From positions 1 to 19,781 of the IMG/VR virus record IMGVR_UViG_2548876854_000015: DNA of 19,781 nucleotides; one strand, 5' to 3'. The number at the start of each line of letters is the position of its first letter. The first letter of the stretch is position 1. The notes beneath the pieces are model-generated. The model saw only the letters and a list, made by a program, of their open reading frames with translations, did no database searches and had not been told where the DNA came from. This document shows positions 1 through 7,539 of the stretch, one piece after another. Source of the DNA: a virus (Duplodnaviria > Heunggongvirae > Uroviricota > Caudoviricetes). Both the position numbers and the translations under genes were made by a program.

Positions 1-465
1 TTACTTTAAACACTGTTCGGTTATGTATTGCTGAGCACCTTCAAGTTGGGCCTGCATCATTACCAGTCGTTCCCGGAGGGTGAAATAATCCCGTTCAGCG
101 GTGTCTGCCAGTCGGGGGGAGGCTGCATTATCCACGCCGGAGGCGGTGGTGGCTTCACGCACTGACTGACAGACTGCTTTGATGTGCAACCGACGACGAC
201 CAGCGGCAACATCATCACGCAGAGCATCATTTTCAGCTTTCGCATCAGCTAACTCCTTCGTGTATTTTGCATCGAGCGCAGCAACATCACGCTGACGCAT
301 CTGCATGTCAGTAATTGCCGCGTTCGCCAGCTTCAGTTCTCTGGCATTTTTGTCGCGCTGGGCTTTGTAGGTAATGGCGTTATCACGGTAATGATTAACA
401 GCCCATGACAGGCAGACGATGATGCAGATAACCAGAGCGGAGATAATCGCGGTTACTCTGTTCAT
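1..465 (-). CDS. Rz: Rz i-spanin (inner-membrane spanin subunit)
   Basis: ORF 1..477 translation from [29 protein letters not shown]... is near-identical to lambda Rz as I recall it. Start taken at MNRV (ATG 465-463), directly abutting the endolysin stop (462-464). N-terminal TM segment. Confidence 0.9.
   Translation of the reverse strand: MNRVTAIISALVICIIVCLSWAVNHYRDNAITYKAQRDKNARELKLANAAITDMQMRQRDVAALDAKYTKELADAKAENDALRDDVAAGRRRLHIKAVCQSVREATTASGVDNAASPRLADTAERDYFTLRERLVMMQAQLEGAQQYITEQCLK
60..245 (-). CDS. Rz1: Rz1 o-spanin lipoprotein, embedded in Rz in the +1 frame
   Basis: 61-aa [27 protein letters not shown]...[15 protein letters not shown]: lipobox VVGC and proline-rich region as in lambda Rz1, lying wholly inside Rz. 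Confidence 0.85.
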   Translation of the reverse strand: MRKLKMMLCVMMLPLVVVGCTSKQSVSQCVKPPPPPAWIMQPPPDWQTPLNGIISPSGNDW

Positions 466-959
466 TGCTGACCCCACAAACAGATTTCACGCTCAATCTC
501 ACGACGAGTCATGAGACCTTTCCATTGCTTACCGCCAGCATATGTCCAGCGACGTAGCTGATCACATGCGCCTTTGATATCGCCCTGGTTTATTTTGCGA
601 AGAAGCGTCGATGTTCTGAAATTGCCAGCACCCACGTTGTAAACGAATGAGTAAAGAGCGCCGCGCGTTGTTTCCGGTATATCGACTTTGATGTACGGGT
701 TAATTTGTCTGGCGACAGTGGCAAGGTCTTTATTCAAGAGTGCTTTGCATTCTGCTTTGGTATACGTTTTACCGAGCATGATGTCTTTTCCTGTATGCCC
801 GTGACATACAGTCCATACACCAACAATATCTTTGTATGGTATGTAGCTGACACCTTCCAGACCATCGTTACCACTTGGGCCAGTGATTAACACTGATGCT
901 ATAGCAATTGCTCCGCCACCAATAGCAGCAGCAACGGCTTTTCGTAATGATGGAGGCAT
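462..959 (-). CDS. R: SAR endolysin (phage 21 R / RrrD-type lysozyme)
   Basis: 165-aa [30 protein letters not shown]... matches the DLP12/phage 21 lysozyme as I recall it, with a Gly/Ala-rich N-terminal signal-arrest-release segment. ATG overlaps the holin stop (TAATG at 957-961). Confidence 0.9.
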   Translation of the reverse strand: MPPSLRKAVAAAIGGGAIAIASVLITGPSGNDGLEGVSYIPYKDIVGVWTVCHGHTGKDIMLGKTYTKAECKALLNKDLATVARQINPYIKVDIPETTRGALYSFVYNVGAGNFRTSTLLRKINQGDIKGACDQLRRWTYAGGKQWKGLMTRREIEREICLWGQQ

Positions 960-1174
960 TATTCACCTCTCGCAGCCTTGCGCTTATCTTCTTTAATCTT
1001 GAAATAAAGGTTTGTCAGGTACGTCAGCAGGCCAAAAACCAGACTACCCAGCACACCGATTGCAGCCCACTGTGACGGAGTTACTCTATCGAGCAACTGT
1101 AAAAACCAGTAGCCAGCACTGCCTGCGGAGGTGCCATAGGCGACACCCGTTGTTAACTTATCCATGGATTTCAT
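959..1174 (-). CDS. S: Class II pinholin (S21-like), dual-start motif MKSM
   Basis: [26 protein letters not shown]...[17 protein letters not shown], 71 aa from the ATG at 1174. SD GAGGTGGGGG lies 5 nt upstream. The longer 102-aa ORF is an unsupported extension. Confidence 0.85.
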   Translation of the reverse strand: MKSMDKLTTGVAYGTSAGSAGYWFLQLLDRVTPSQWAAIGVLGSLVFGLLTYLTNLYFKIKEDKRKAARGE

Positions 1175-1514
1175 AACCCCCACCTCGCAGATGCGGGCGC
1201 TGTGTAATGGAAACAAAAAATGGCCACCAGCGGCCCGTAAAAAACACCCCGTCAAAAGCACCGGCATCCGCAGATGCCCTTTGCGTGGCGTTATTTGATG
1301 CGCGCCAGATGTGGCGCAAAGAAATGAAATAAGACTTATCGTAAATTAAGGTTAATTTGATGATTTAAACCACTTCTGAAGCTTAGTAGTATGAACATGT
1401 CCCCAGAAGGGGGCCAATACTTATTATTCTTCATGGACTTTGTCCCGCGGTCTTAATCCGACGACCGCGCTACTTTTCACCCTCTCGCAAATTGCTATCT
1501 AAAGGACGTTGTCC

Positions 1515-1547
1515 CACGAGTATTCCTGGATGCTCGTGTCTTTTTTT
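1515..1547 (+). terminator. Possible intrinsic terminator on plus strand (CACGAG stem, 12-nt loop, T7 run)
   Basis: cacgag-tattcctggatg-ctcgtg then tcttttttt. No annotated plus-strand gene upstream. Confidence 0.3.
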
Positions 1548-1560
1548 GTCCTGAGAAAGG

Positions 1561-1588
1561 AATAAAAAAAACCGCCAGATATGGCGGT
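1561..1588 (-). terminator. Intrinsic terminator on minus strand (candidate tR'-like terminator upstream of lysis genes)
   Basis: Perfect 7-bp stem ACCGCCA/TGGCGGT with a 4-nt loop, followed on the minus strand by a U9 tract (plus-strand aataaaaaaa at 1561-1570). Confidence 0.6.
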
Positions 1589-1953
1589 TGGTCAATGCAA
1601 GGGATGAATTTTTTAATTGTTATTAAACCGAGGCGTCGGGTGCCTCCCGAAGTATTCCGTGCTGTATGGATACTGTGGTTTCCCGCTAAACCGACTCTTT
1701 AAACCACCCTCGCACTGAGGAGCGCCTCTGTGGTGCGATTTACAACACCAGAATGATGCATCACCGACCCTGCTAGGAAATACAAAATCTCCACCGATAA
1801 TGCACCATTCTGCTGCCGTAAAAAAATCAGCACTGAGGCTACACCCGGCCTCAAATCATAGCCAGAGAACAGAATGCTTTTTCAAAACAACCTGCTCCCA
1901 CGTAATAAAAAAATACGCCAGTGCCGTAATACAATAAGGCTTGTTTCAAATGC

Positions 1954-2028
<75 letters not shown>

Positions 2029-2031
2029 ATA

Positions 2032-2107
<76 letters not shown>

Positions 2108-2340
2108 ATTGGTTCTTCAGGGGAGCGATATCACCGTTCAAAGAAGAGTTCCCCCTCAGAACCGTTTTCGATGATACGATTTAATATTCCAATCGCAACA
2201 ACAGCTTGCGTCAAGTTATGTAAATTTATTTATATGTTTTTATTTTATGTAAATAATTCACTTTCACTTAAAATATATACAACAACATATAAATAAATTT
2301 ATTTTGAAGGCGATGATTAAATGTCGTTTCTGATATCACA

Positions 2341-2375
2341 CCACAGAAACAACAAAACCCGCTCGATGGCGGGTT
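2341..2375 (-). terminator. Intrinsic terminator-like hairpin about 85 nt downstream of the Q-like gene
   Basis: 7-bp stem AACCCGC/GCGGGTT with loop tcgatg, followed on the minus strand by TTTTGTTGTTT. Confidence 0.45.
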
Positions 2376-2460
2376 CTATTAAAGTTTAATTGCGCTTGAT
2401 TCGCCTCGCGATACAGCTTTGCGAAGCGTAGCAAAATTGAAGCAGTTTATGCGTAAAAAA

Positions 2461-3003
2461 TCAAGCCGTTTTTTGAGCGAATGATTCTCGCATGGGAATG
2501 TATAGCGCATACTCAGCAACGGCCAACCAATTAGCAATTCGCTTTTCGCATGTGCTAAAACACCACTCTGGGTGTGCATCATTTAGCAATTCAGCCATTT
2601 TGCGTTTGGTCATCCCCCGCCCCTCATACCGTTGCCGAAGGACGCTAATCAATCCTGGATGCTCTGCCAGCACCTCACTTATGACCCGATCAATACATAA
2701 CGCCTCTGCATCAGTACAATGCGCCAGCCAGCTCTTTTGCTTACCGTTAATCATATCCCGCAAAAAAGCCTCAAGTTCAGACTTGTTCAGACCTGCTTTT
2801 TTCATCCTCCGGAGCGCCTCGTTAATTGCCGTTTTTGTCAGCTTTTTAGAGGCCAACAACTGGTTGAACATATTCCCCGTCTTACCGCCGCCAATATACG
2901 ACCAGCGCCCCCACATACGTAGTTTTCCCTGAATCCAGACACTTTCCAGCGTGGTGAGACGAAGGTGTTCTCCGCTTTTTCCTGTATTCGTTGGGTAAAT
3001 CAT
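2461..3003 (-). CDS. Putative late-gene antiterminator (Q-like) by position; family not recognised
   Basis: 180-aa ORF from the ATG at 3003 (MIYPTNTGKSGEHL...), preceded by AGGAGG. Its ATG overlaps the stop of the upstream ybcO-like gene (ATGA). Lies between nin-like genes and the tRNA/lysis region, where lambdoid Q sits. Sequence does not resemble lambda Q as I recall it. Confidence 0.45.
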   Translation of the reverse strand: MIYPTNTGKSGEHLRLTTLESVWIQGKLRMWGRWSYIGGGKTGNMFNQLLASKKLTKTAINEALRRMKKAGLNKSELEAFLRDMINGKQKSWLAHCTDAEALCIDRVISEVLAEHPGLISVLRQRYEGRGMTKRKMAELLNDAHPEWCFSTCEKRIANWLAVAEYALYIPMRESFAQKTA

Positions 3004-3290
3004 AAATATCCCTCCTTTCTCCAGATTTCTTGTGTGCGAAGAACACCTTCTGCATGCATCAGGCGTAATTCTTCTTTGGTGTAATCGATGGTTTTTACCC
3101 GCCCGTCGATTAGATCGTGGCATGAGCTACAGGCAATCGCCGCCTGCATATCGTGTGGTTTTGTCGCTGTTCCGCACGTTCCCGCCAGTCGGTAATGCGC
3201 CAGCACAGACGTTTCCGGATCGTGATTGCAGTAGCCAGGAATTCTGACGGTGCACATCTGCCCCCGCGCCGCTTTACGTAAATCCACCAT
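3000..3290 (-). CDS. ybcO: YbcO-like DUF1364 putative nuclease (nin region)
   Basis: 96-aa MVDLRKAARGQMCTVRIPGYCNHDPETSVLAH...CSSCHDLIDGR with a Cys/His cluster, resembling DLP12 YbcO from memory. Start overlaps the stop of the upstream gene. Confidence 0.7.
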   Translation of the reverse strand: MVDLRKAARGQMCTVRIPGYCNHDPETSVLAHYRLAGTCGTATKPHDMQAAIACSSCHDLIDGRVKTIDYTKEELRLMHAEGVLRTQEIWRKEGYL

Positions 3291-3889
3291 TACGCAAACT
3301 CCAGCAGCTGCGCGGCCACATTTTCGACTTGTTCCGGAGAGGAAAATTTACGGAACAGAATCCAGTTCCACAGCACATTCAGAACAGATTTATAAACCTG
3401 CTGAAACTCGGTTTCGTCCATATTCGCAAAAGCGATGGATTTCGCCCGACGCCCATGGCTACCGTCCGGATAAAAATGTTCGGTGTAAAATCCAGCCTGA
3501 ATGGTTACCCACTCGCGAAAAGCCTCAAACGACTTTAACAATGCCGTATCCCGGGTTCTGCGTGTCGCAACTGTATTCAGATATTGCTCTGCGGCATCAC
3601 TCAGGGCTGGCGTGTGTTCCCGACCAACTGATTCGCACAGGTAATCAACGAAACCAGACAGCAGTTCTCGTTCGCGAGGCGTGATCGCCCCACCGACCGG
3701 AGTCCAGTAATCGAATCCCAGTTGCAGGAGTTTGAAAAAACGCTTGTGGAATGCGTAGTTACGCACACGCTTAAAGTCTGCGTGTATCCACTCGCCTATT
3801 TTGATTTGATGCAGAAAATCACAACTCTCCGGCGTCGCCGGGAGAAGTAATCCGGAAGAGGTTTGTTTGACCAGTTGTATATGCGCCAT
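3290..3889 (-). CDS. Phage protein, DUF1367-like (nin-region neighbour of DUF1364)
   Basis: 199-aa ORF MAHIQLVKQTSSGLLLPATPESCDF...; family assignment is from memory of the DUF1367/DUF1364 gene pair and is unverified. Confidence 0.45.
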   Translation of the reverse strand: MAHIQLVKQTSSGLLLPATPESCDFLHQIKIGEWIHADFKRVRNYAFHKRFFKLLQLGFDYWTPVGGAITPRERELLSGFVDYLCESVGREHTPALSDAAEQYLNTVATRRTRDTALLKSFEAFREWVTIQAGFYTEHFYPDGSHGRRAKSIAFANMDETEFQQVYKSVLNVLWNWILFRKFSSPEQVENVAAQLLEFA

Positions 3890-4162
3890 TTCTCAATCTC
3901 TCGATGGCGCAGCGCAGCAGATGCCAGTTGTTCAGGCTGACGTATGAAGTATAAATAAACTGGCTCCAGTGTAAAGCCCCCACCTTAATGGAATAAAAAC
4001 CAAACAACAGATTGCTGGGATACAAACAACGCTTATTATTAAAAGCGGTTAAACAAATTAAATTTTAATGTTATGCAAATTTGTCAGATCACCATAATAT
4101 CTCATTTGAAAACCGCTGAAATAACAACCCTATCAGGGTTAATCATATTAAGGTGAGTAAAT

Positions 4163-4249
4163 ATGGAAAACAACAAATCTGCACATTACGTTCCTTTTTT
4201 ATCTGTAATACTTTTTGTTTTATGCTGTGCGTGGGCATTATTTTTATAA
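4163..4249 (+). CDS. Candidate 28-aa hydrophobic small protein (MENNKSAHYVPFLSVILFVLCCAWALFL)
   Basis: ATG with SD AGGTGAG 7 nt upstream; single predicted TM helix. Sits in the otherwise non-coding gap between hok and the DUF1367-like gene. No homolog recognised. Confidence 0.2.
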   Translation: MENNKSAHYVPFLSVILFVLCCAWALFL

Positions 4250-4357
4250 AAATATTCACAGATAAAATATACCCGCCAAAGCTGGTTAAGTGCGGGTGCG
4301 TTGAGGATGCCTGACACATCAGAGGTGGCGGGAGATTACTCTCCCGCCTGGTCACTC

Positions 4358-4513
4358 TTACTCTCTAGATTCGTAGTCTACGAAGACAGCGACCTCCGTC
4401 TGGCCGGTTCGGATTCGCACCTCGCAGAGGTCTTTCCTCGTTACCAGTGCCGTCACTATGACGGTTAAACAGATGACGATCAGGGCGATTAACATCGCCT
4501 TTTGCTGCTTCAT
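4358..4513 (-). CDS. hok: Hok/Gef-family type I toxin (51 aa)
   Basis: MKQQKAMLIALIVICLTVIVTALVTRKDLCEVRIRTGQTEVAVF... matches the Hok family almost residue for residue from memory. The GC-rich hairpin GGCGGGAG/CTCCCGCC at 4327-4348, just 3' of the stop, is consistent with a hok mRNA 3' stem. Confidence 0.9.
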   Translation of the reverse strand: MKQQKAMLIALIVICLTVIVTALVTRKDLCEVRIRTGQTEVAVFVDYESRE

Positions 4514-4940
4514 AGCCTGCTTCTCCTTGCCTTTCGGCACGTAAGAGGCTAACCTACATGTGTTCAGCATGGATTGAGCCTCAGATTAATGTTAAGCGTC
4601 CTGCAAGACGCGTAATGTTAACTGGGGCTTTTCTCTATCTGCCTTTTGGTGTTCATGCCTGAGACAGATAGCCTCAAGCACCCGCAGCGATTTTTACTTA
4701 ACTCTTCTTTTCACGCAAACCGTTTTTATCCTCAACGTAAATTTTACCAATATCGCCTAACACATCTCCCCTGCCCTGACGATGCTTACCTCTTTACACA
4801 GCCCCCTATTTATGTATTATCTTTTACAAACAACCAGTTAAGAGCTATCGGTGGGTGGGTTCGCCCTGCGGTAGCTTTTCCTTTATACATTGCATCTATT
4901 TATGTTCTAGTATATTCCTATATGTTCAAAAGGACTTTTC

Positions 4941-5873
4941 ATGCACAGCGTTAATTTCTATTCATTCCGCGTATTGACCCATAAAGGCAGTCGAGCCAGC
5001 AAAAAGCTTAATGAATTGGGTTTAAGTAATAAAAAAACGGCATATGAACTTTTTGTTGATTATTTTACTCTATATAAAAACACCCCCATCGAGTTTGGCG
5101 TATCCAAAACTAAAATATCTCTAGAACAACACGCTAAACTTCACTTTGATAACACAAAGAAAATTATATATGGTTATATAAAAGTTGGGAAATATGGAGA
5201 AAGTAGTGAAATAAAGGATGTAAAACTCAAAAAAATCCACTACAGGACAACTGCTTATGATGTAACACTCAAAGAACGTTATATTTTAATATACCTACCA
5301 GACACCCTTGAAGAAGGAATTATTGCATTCCATTCTTGCGATAATATTTCTGCTCGAGGTGTCCTTTCTGATTCTATCACTGAATATCTAAAAAACAAAT
5401 TTCAACTCGAAGCAAGAATCAATCCATTACATCATAAGAAAATCCCTCAATATATTCTCAATTCCGAATTAAAACAAATTAAGGCTCAAGGATATAAAGC
5501 ACCAAAAGACATTACTGATTCCTTTGGTCAAAACAAAACAAACATCAAGACAGACTTAATAATAAAAGCAAACGATGGCATGTTCGGAAGTTTCAGGGAT
5601 TTAAGAAACAAGAATATAGGAAACATCATTGAGATTATTGAAGATAAATGTGATGCAATAAAAGTAAGCTTACAGCTCGGCAGTCGGACTGTCGTTTTCA
5701 ATTATGATACCATACTAAAAAAAGGAATTTCCGCAGAGTTAGATGATAATGATCTAAAAATCGACCCATTAACAGGCATACCTGATCTAACAGCACTTCA
5801 TGACACGATAAAAAACCTTTCTAATGATATATTGTTAGAACTGCATAGCGGAAACAAAGGGGTGATCATATGA
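4941..5873 (+). CDS. Unknown 310-aa soluble Lys/Asn-rich protein; first gene of the AT-rich cassette
   Basis: Long ORF with SD AAGGA 6 nt before the ATG. About 30% G+C by hand count (19/60 in one line) against about 53% in a flanking phage line (32/60). No catalytic motif recognised. Confidence 0.7.
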   Translation: MHSVNFYSFRVLTHKGSRASKKLNELGLSNKKTAYELFVDYFTLYKNTPIEFGVSKTKISLEQHAKLHFDNTKKIIYGYIKVGKYGESSEIKDVKLKKIHYRTTAYDVTLKERYILIYLPDTLEEGIIAFHSCDNISARGVLSDSITEYLKNKFQLEARINPLHHKKIPQYILNSELKQIKAQGYKAPKDITDSFGQNKTNIKTDLIIKANDGMFGSFRDLRNKNIGNIIEIIEDKCDAIKVSLQLGSRTVVFNYDTILKKGISAELDDNDLKIDPLTGIPDLTALHDTIKNLSNDILLELHSGNKGVII

Positions 5874-6424
5874 ATAAAATAAATGTGCTGGGTGTAATAA
5901 TAAAACACTACAAAACAATGTCAGATCAGCGTGGAACAATGTTGATGAGCGACATTATCGTACATTTTATTGTTCCGCTATCTCTTTCTTTCGTTCTGTG
6001 CTGGACATACGGAATAATGAAACCGGCAATTGCTTCCGTCTTCGTTAACTTCGGGGCTATTACAACAGCACTATTAATGAGTGCAGTAATAATGATTTAT
6101 GAACAAAAACAAAAAACCATTACTAAGATATCAGACATAATTGAAGGACACAAATCCCGAGACAAATTGATATCATTAAACACTAACAAAACCATATATG
6201 AGCAGTTATGCCACAACGTCGCTTATGCAATATTAACTTCAATAGTATTGGTTATATTTTCAGTGATAATATATTTCCTGCCTGACAATGCAGTGGATTT
6301 AATGAAATGGTATTTTCGCGCACCTGCATATATTGTTAGCTTTTTAGCCTATACATCCTTTTTTATCACTGTTATAACGTTCTTAATGGTAATCAAAAGG
6401 TTTAGCACAATTTTAGATAATTGA
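5870..6424 (+). CDS. Unknown 184-aa integral membrane protein (4 predicted TM helices); second gene of the cassette
   Basis: ATG overlaps the upstream stop (ATGA at 5870-5873) with SD GGGGTG. Hydrophobic segments IIVHFIVPLSLSFVLCWTYGI, AIASVFVNFGAITTALLMSAVIMIY, VAYAILTSIVLVIFSVIIYFL, YIVSFLAYTSFFITVITFLMVI. 18/60 G+C in one line. Confidence 0.7.
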   Translation: MNKINVLGVIIKHYKTMSDQRGTMLMSDIIVHFIVPLSLSFVLCWTYGIMKPAIASVFVNFGAITTALLMSAVIMIYEQKQKTITKISDIIEGHKSRDKLISLNTNKTIYEQLCHNVAYAILTSIVLVIFSVIIYFLPDNAVDLMKWYFRAPAYIVSFLAYTSFFITVITFLMVIKRFSTILDN

Positions 6425-6435
6425 ACAGCGGAACA

Positions 6436-6467
6436 GCCGCCCTTTCGGGCGGCCTCCTGATGTTTTG
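6436..6467 (+). terminator. Hairpin GCCGCCC-tttc-GGGCGGC after the cassette, possible terminator
   Basis: Perfect 7-bp GC-rich stem 12 nt after the cassette stop; the downstream T-run is interrupted (ctcctgatgttttg). Confidence 0.4.
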
Positions 6468-6557
6468 AGGGTGCAGGAACCCCTCCGGTTAAGGATTTAA
6501 TAAAAATCACTTCTGATTTAAATTTTCAGTGTTTTGTTGTCAGGTGATTTATCGCCT

Positions 6558-6869
6558 TTACGCTTCAGCTTTATTTCGCAACCAGACACAAACCGGGCCA
6601 TCTTCGGTGTCATGTATTGAACCAATAAACCATCCATCGCCCTCTGGTCGTTCCGGTTCCCATGCAGAAATATCAGCATCACAAGCATCAAAGTCAGCAC
6701 ATCCTTCGTCTCTGAAGCAGAGGACGTATTGAAGTTTATTTTCCTCCATCCATGCGTTAAACTCTTCCGTTGAAATATGTTCTCTACCATCACAGAATTT
6801 TTCATATTCAGGATGCGTCCAGCAGCCATATTCATCACGTACTACTGGTATTTCTCTAATTTCTTTCAT
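6558..6869 (-). CDS. Unknown acidic Cys-containing 103-aa phage protein
   Basis: MKEIREIPVVRDEYGCWTHPEYEKFCDG... with SD GGGAGAA 6 nt upstream. About 28 Asp/Glu against about 10 Lys/Arg by hand count. Confidence 0.6.
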   Translation of the reverse strand: MKEIREIPVVRDEYGCWTHPEYEKFCDGREHISTEEFNAWMEENKLQYVLCFRDEGCADFDACDADISAWEPERPEGDGWFIGSIHDTEDGPVCVWLRNKAEA

Positions 6870-7119
6870 TTCTGTTCTCCCACGTTTTCAGACTTTCACC
6901 ACAGAACGGGCAAAAACACATTGCAACACCACGACCGATATATTGCCCAGAGTGAATTTGAGCAATATCTATGCCTGACTCGCCGGTGTTTATGTTCACA
7001 CGTTCCGGGATAAATATGCCTTTACTCTTGAATGTTGGATTTCCATATTCGAGAGATTTTGCCAAAGCCGCGCACGGTTCTATCTTGTTGCCATTAACCT
7101 GACATTTTGATGCGTTCAC
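6856..7119 (-). CDS. Unknown 87-aa protein with C-terminal CxCxxC motif
   Basis: Start taken at GTG 7119, overlapping the upstream stop (GTGA), with a strong SD AGGAGGT 6 nt upstream. The ATG at 7197 would overlap the upstream gene by 82 nt and has no SD. Confidence 0.5.
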   Translation of the reverse strand: MNASKCQVNGNKIEPCAALAKSLEYGNPTFKSKGIFIPERVNINTGESGIDIAQIHSGQYIGRGVAMCFCPFCGESLKTWENRNERN

Positions 7120-7532
7120 AGTACCACCTCCTGAAAATTTCCCTGATAGAAATCCAGTACACGCTGCATAGCTTCGCTCTGACGGCACTCGCGACAAATT
7201 ATGTTCTGTCGTCTGTTGTAACAGCGTATTTCACCATCCGGCAATGAATAAATCAGCTCGGGGTCTCTCTTCTTTTTCGCTGTACCTTTCGACATCTCTT
7301 TACGGGCCTTTATCCAGTCCTTGCGCGCCTGCTCCGAAGGAAATATCCCGTGCCCCGAACCATATACTATGCCACTGCCCACCAGCTCTTTCGCCAGAAC
7401 TTCTATCAGGTGTCTCGTTGCTCCGGTTTCATCTTCCAGTTGCTTACGCGTTTTCCTCCCGTCTCTGCGCACCAGTTCCACAATACGCGCCTTCAGTTGC
7501 TCCCGGTATTCAGGTGTAAAAACGTTTCTCAT
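7116..7532 (-). CDS. Unknown 138-aa phage protein
   Basis: Start taken at ATG 7532 (MRNVFTPEYREQLKARIVELV...) with SD GTGAGG, 7 nt after the upstream stop. The longer ORF from 7589 overlaps the upstream gene. Confidence 0.55.
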   Translation of the reverse strand: MRNVFTPEYREQLKARIVELVRRDGRKTRKQLEDETGATRHLIEVLAKELVGSGIVYGSGHGIFPSEQARKDWIKARKEMSKGTAKKKRDPELIYSLPDGEIRCYNRRQNIICRECRQSEAMQRVLDFYQGNFQEVVL

Positions 7533-7539
7533 AAGCGCC

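Noticed and set aside
2492-2932. Plus-strand ORFs of 146 and 67 aa inside the Q-like gene region (also 2379..2582 on the minus strand)
   Set aside because: Antisense or out-of-frame shadows of the Q-like gene or terminator region; no SD and low-complexity translations.
3032-3684. Plus-strand ORFs (71, 144 and 69 aa) opposite the ybcO-like and DUF1367-like genes
   Set aside because: Wholly antisense to better-supported minus-strand genes; no ribosome-binding sites.
3819-4025. 68-aa minus-strand ORF overlapping the DUF1367-like start; also 4143..4355 (-) and 4646..4954 (+)
   Set aside because: No SD, lying in AT-rich intergenic or promoter DNA; 4143..4355 is antisense to the better-supported 28-aa candidate; 4646..4954 covers the hok/cassette control region.
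4358-4570. Longer 70-aa hok ORF starting at MLNTCRL
   Set aside because: Hok family proteins are about 50 aa and the conserved N-terminus begins at MKQQKAM (ATG 4513); the extension is probably leader sequence.
4941-6424. Assigning the cassette to RexAB, Kiwa, CBASS or Pycsar
   Set aside because: Only the architecture resembles RexAB, and gene order is opposite to Kiwa. No cyclase, nucleotidyltransferase or other signature motifs seen in the 310-aa protein, so no family name is claimed.
6518-6838. 106-aa minus-strand ORF overlapping the acidic 103-aa gene in another frame; 6529..6732 (+) and 6777..7013 (+)
   Set aside because: Alternative-frame and antisense shadows; the 103-aa frame has the SD and a protein-like composition.
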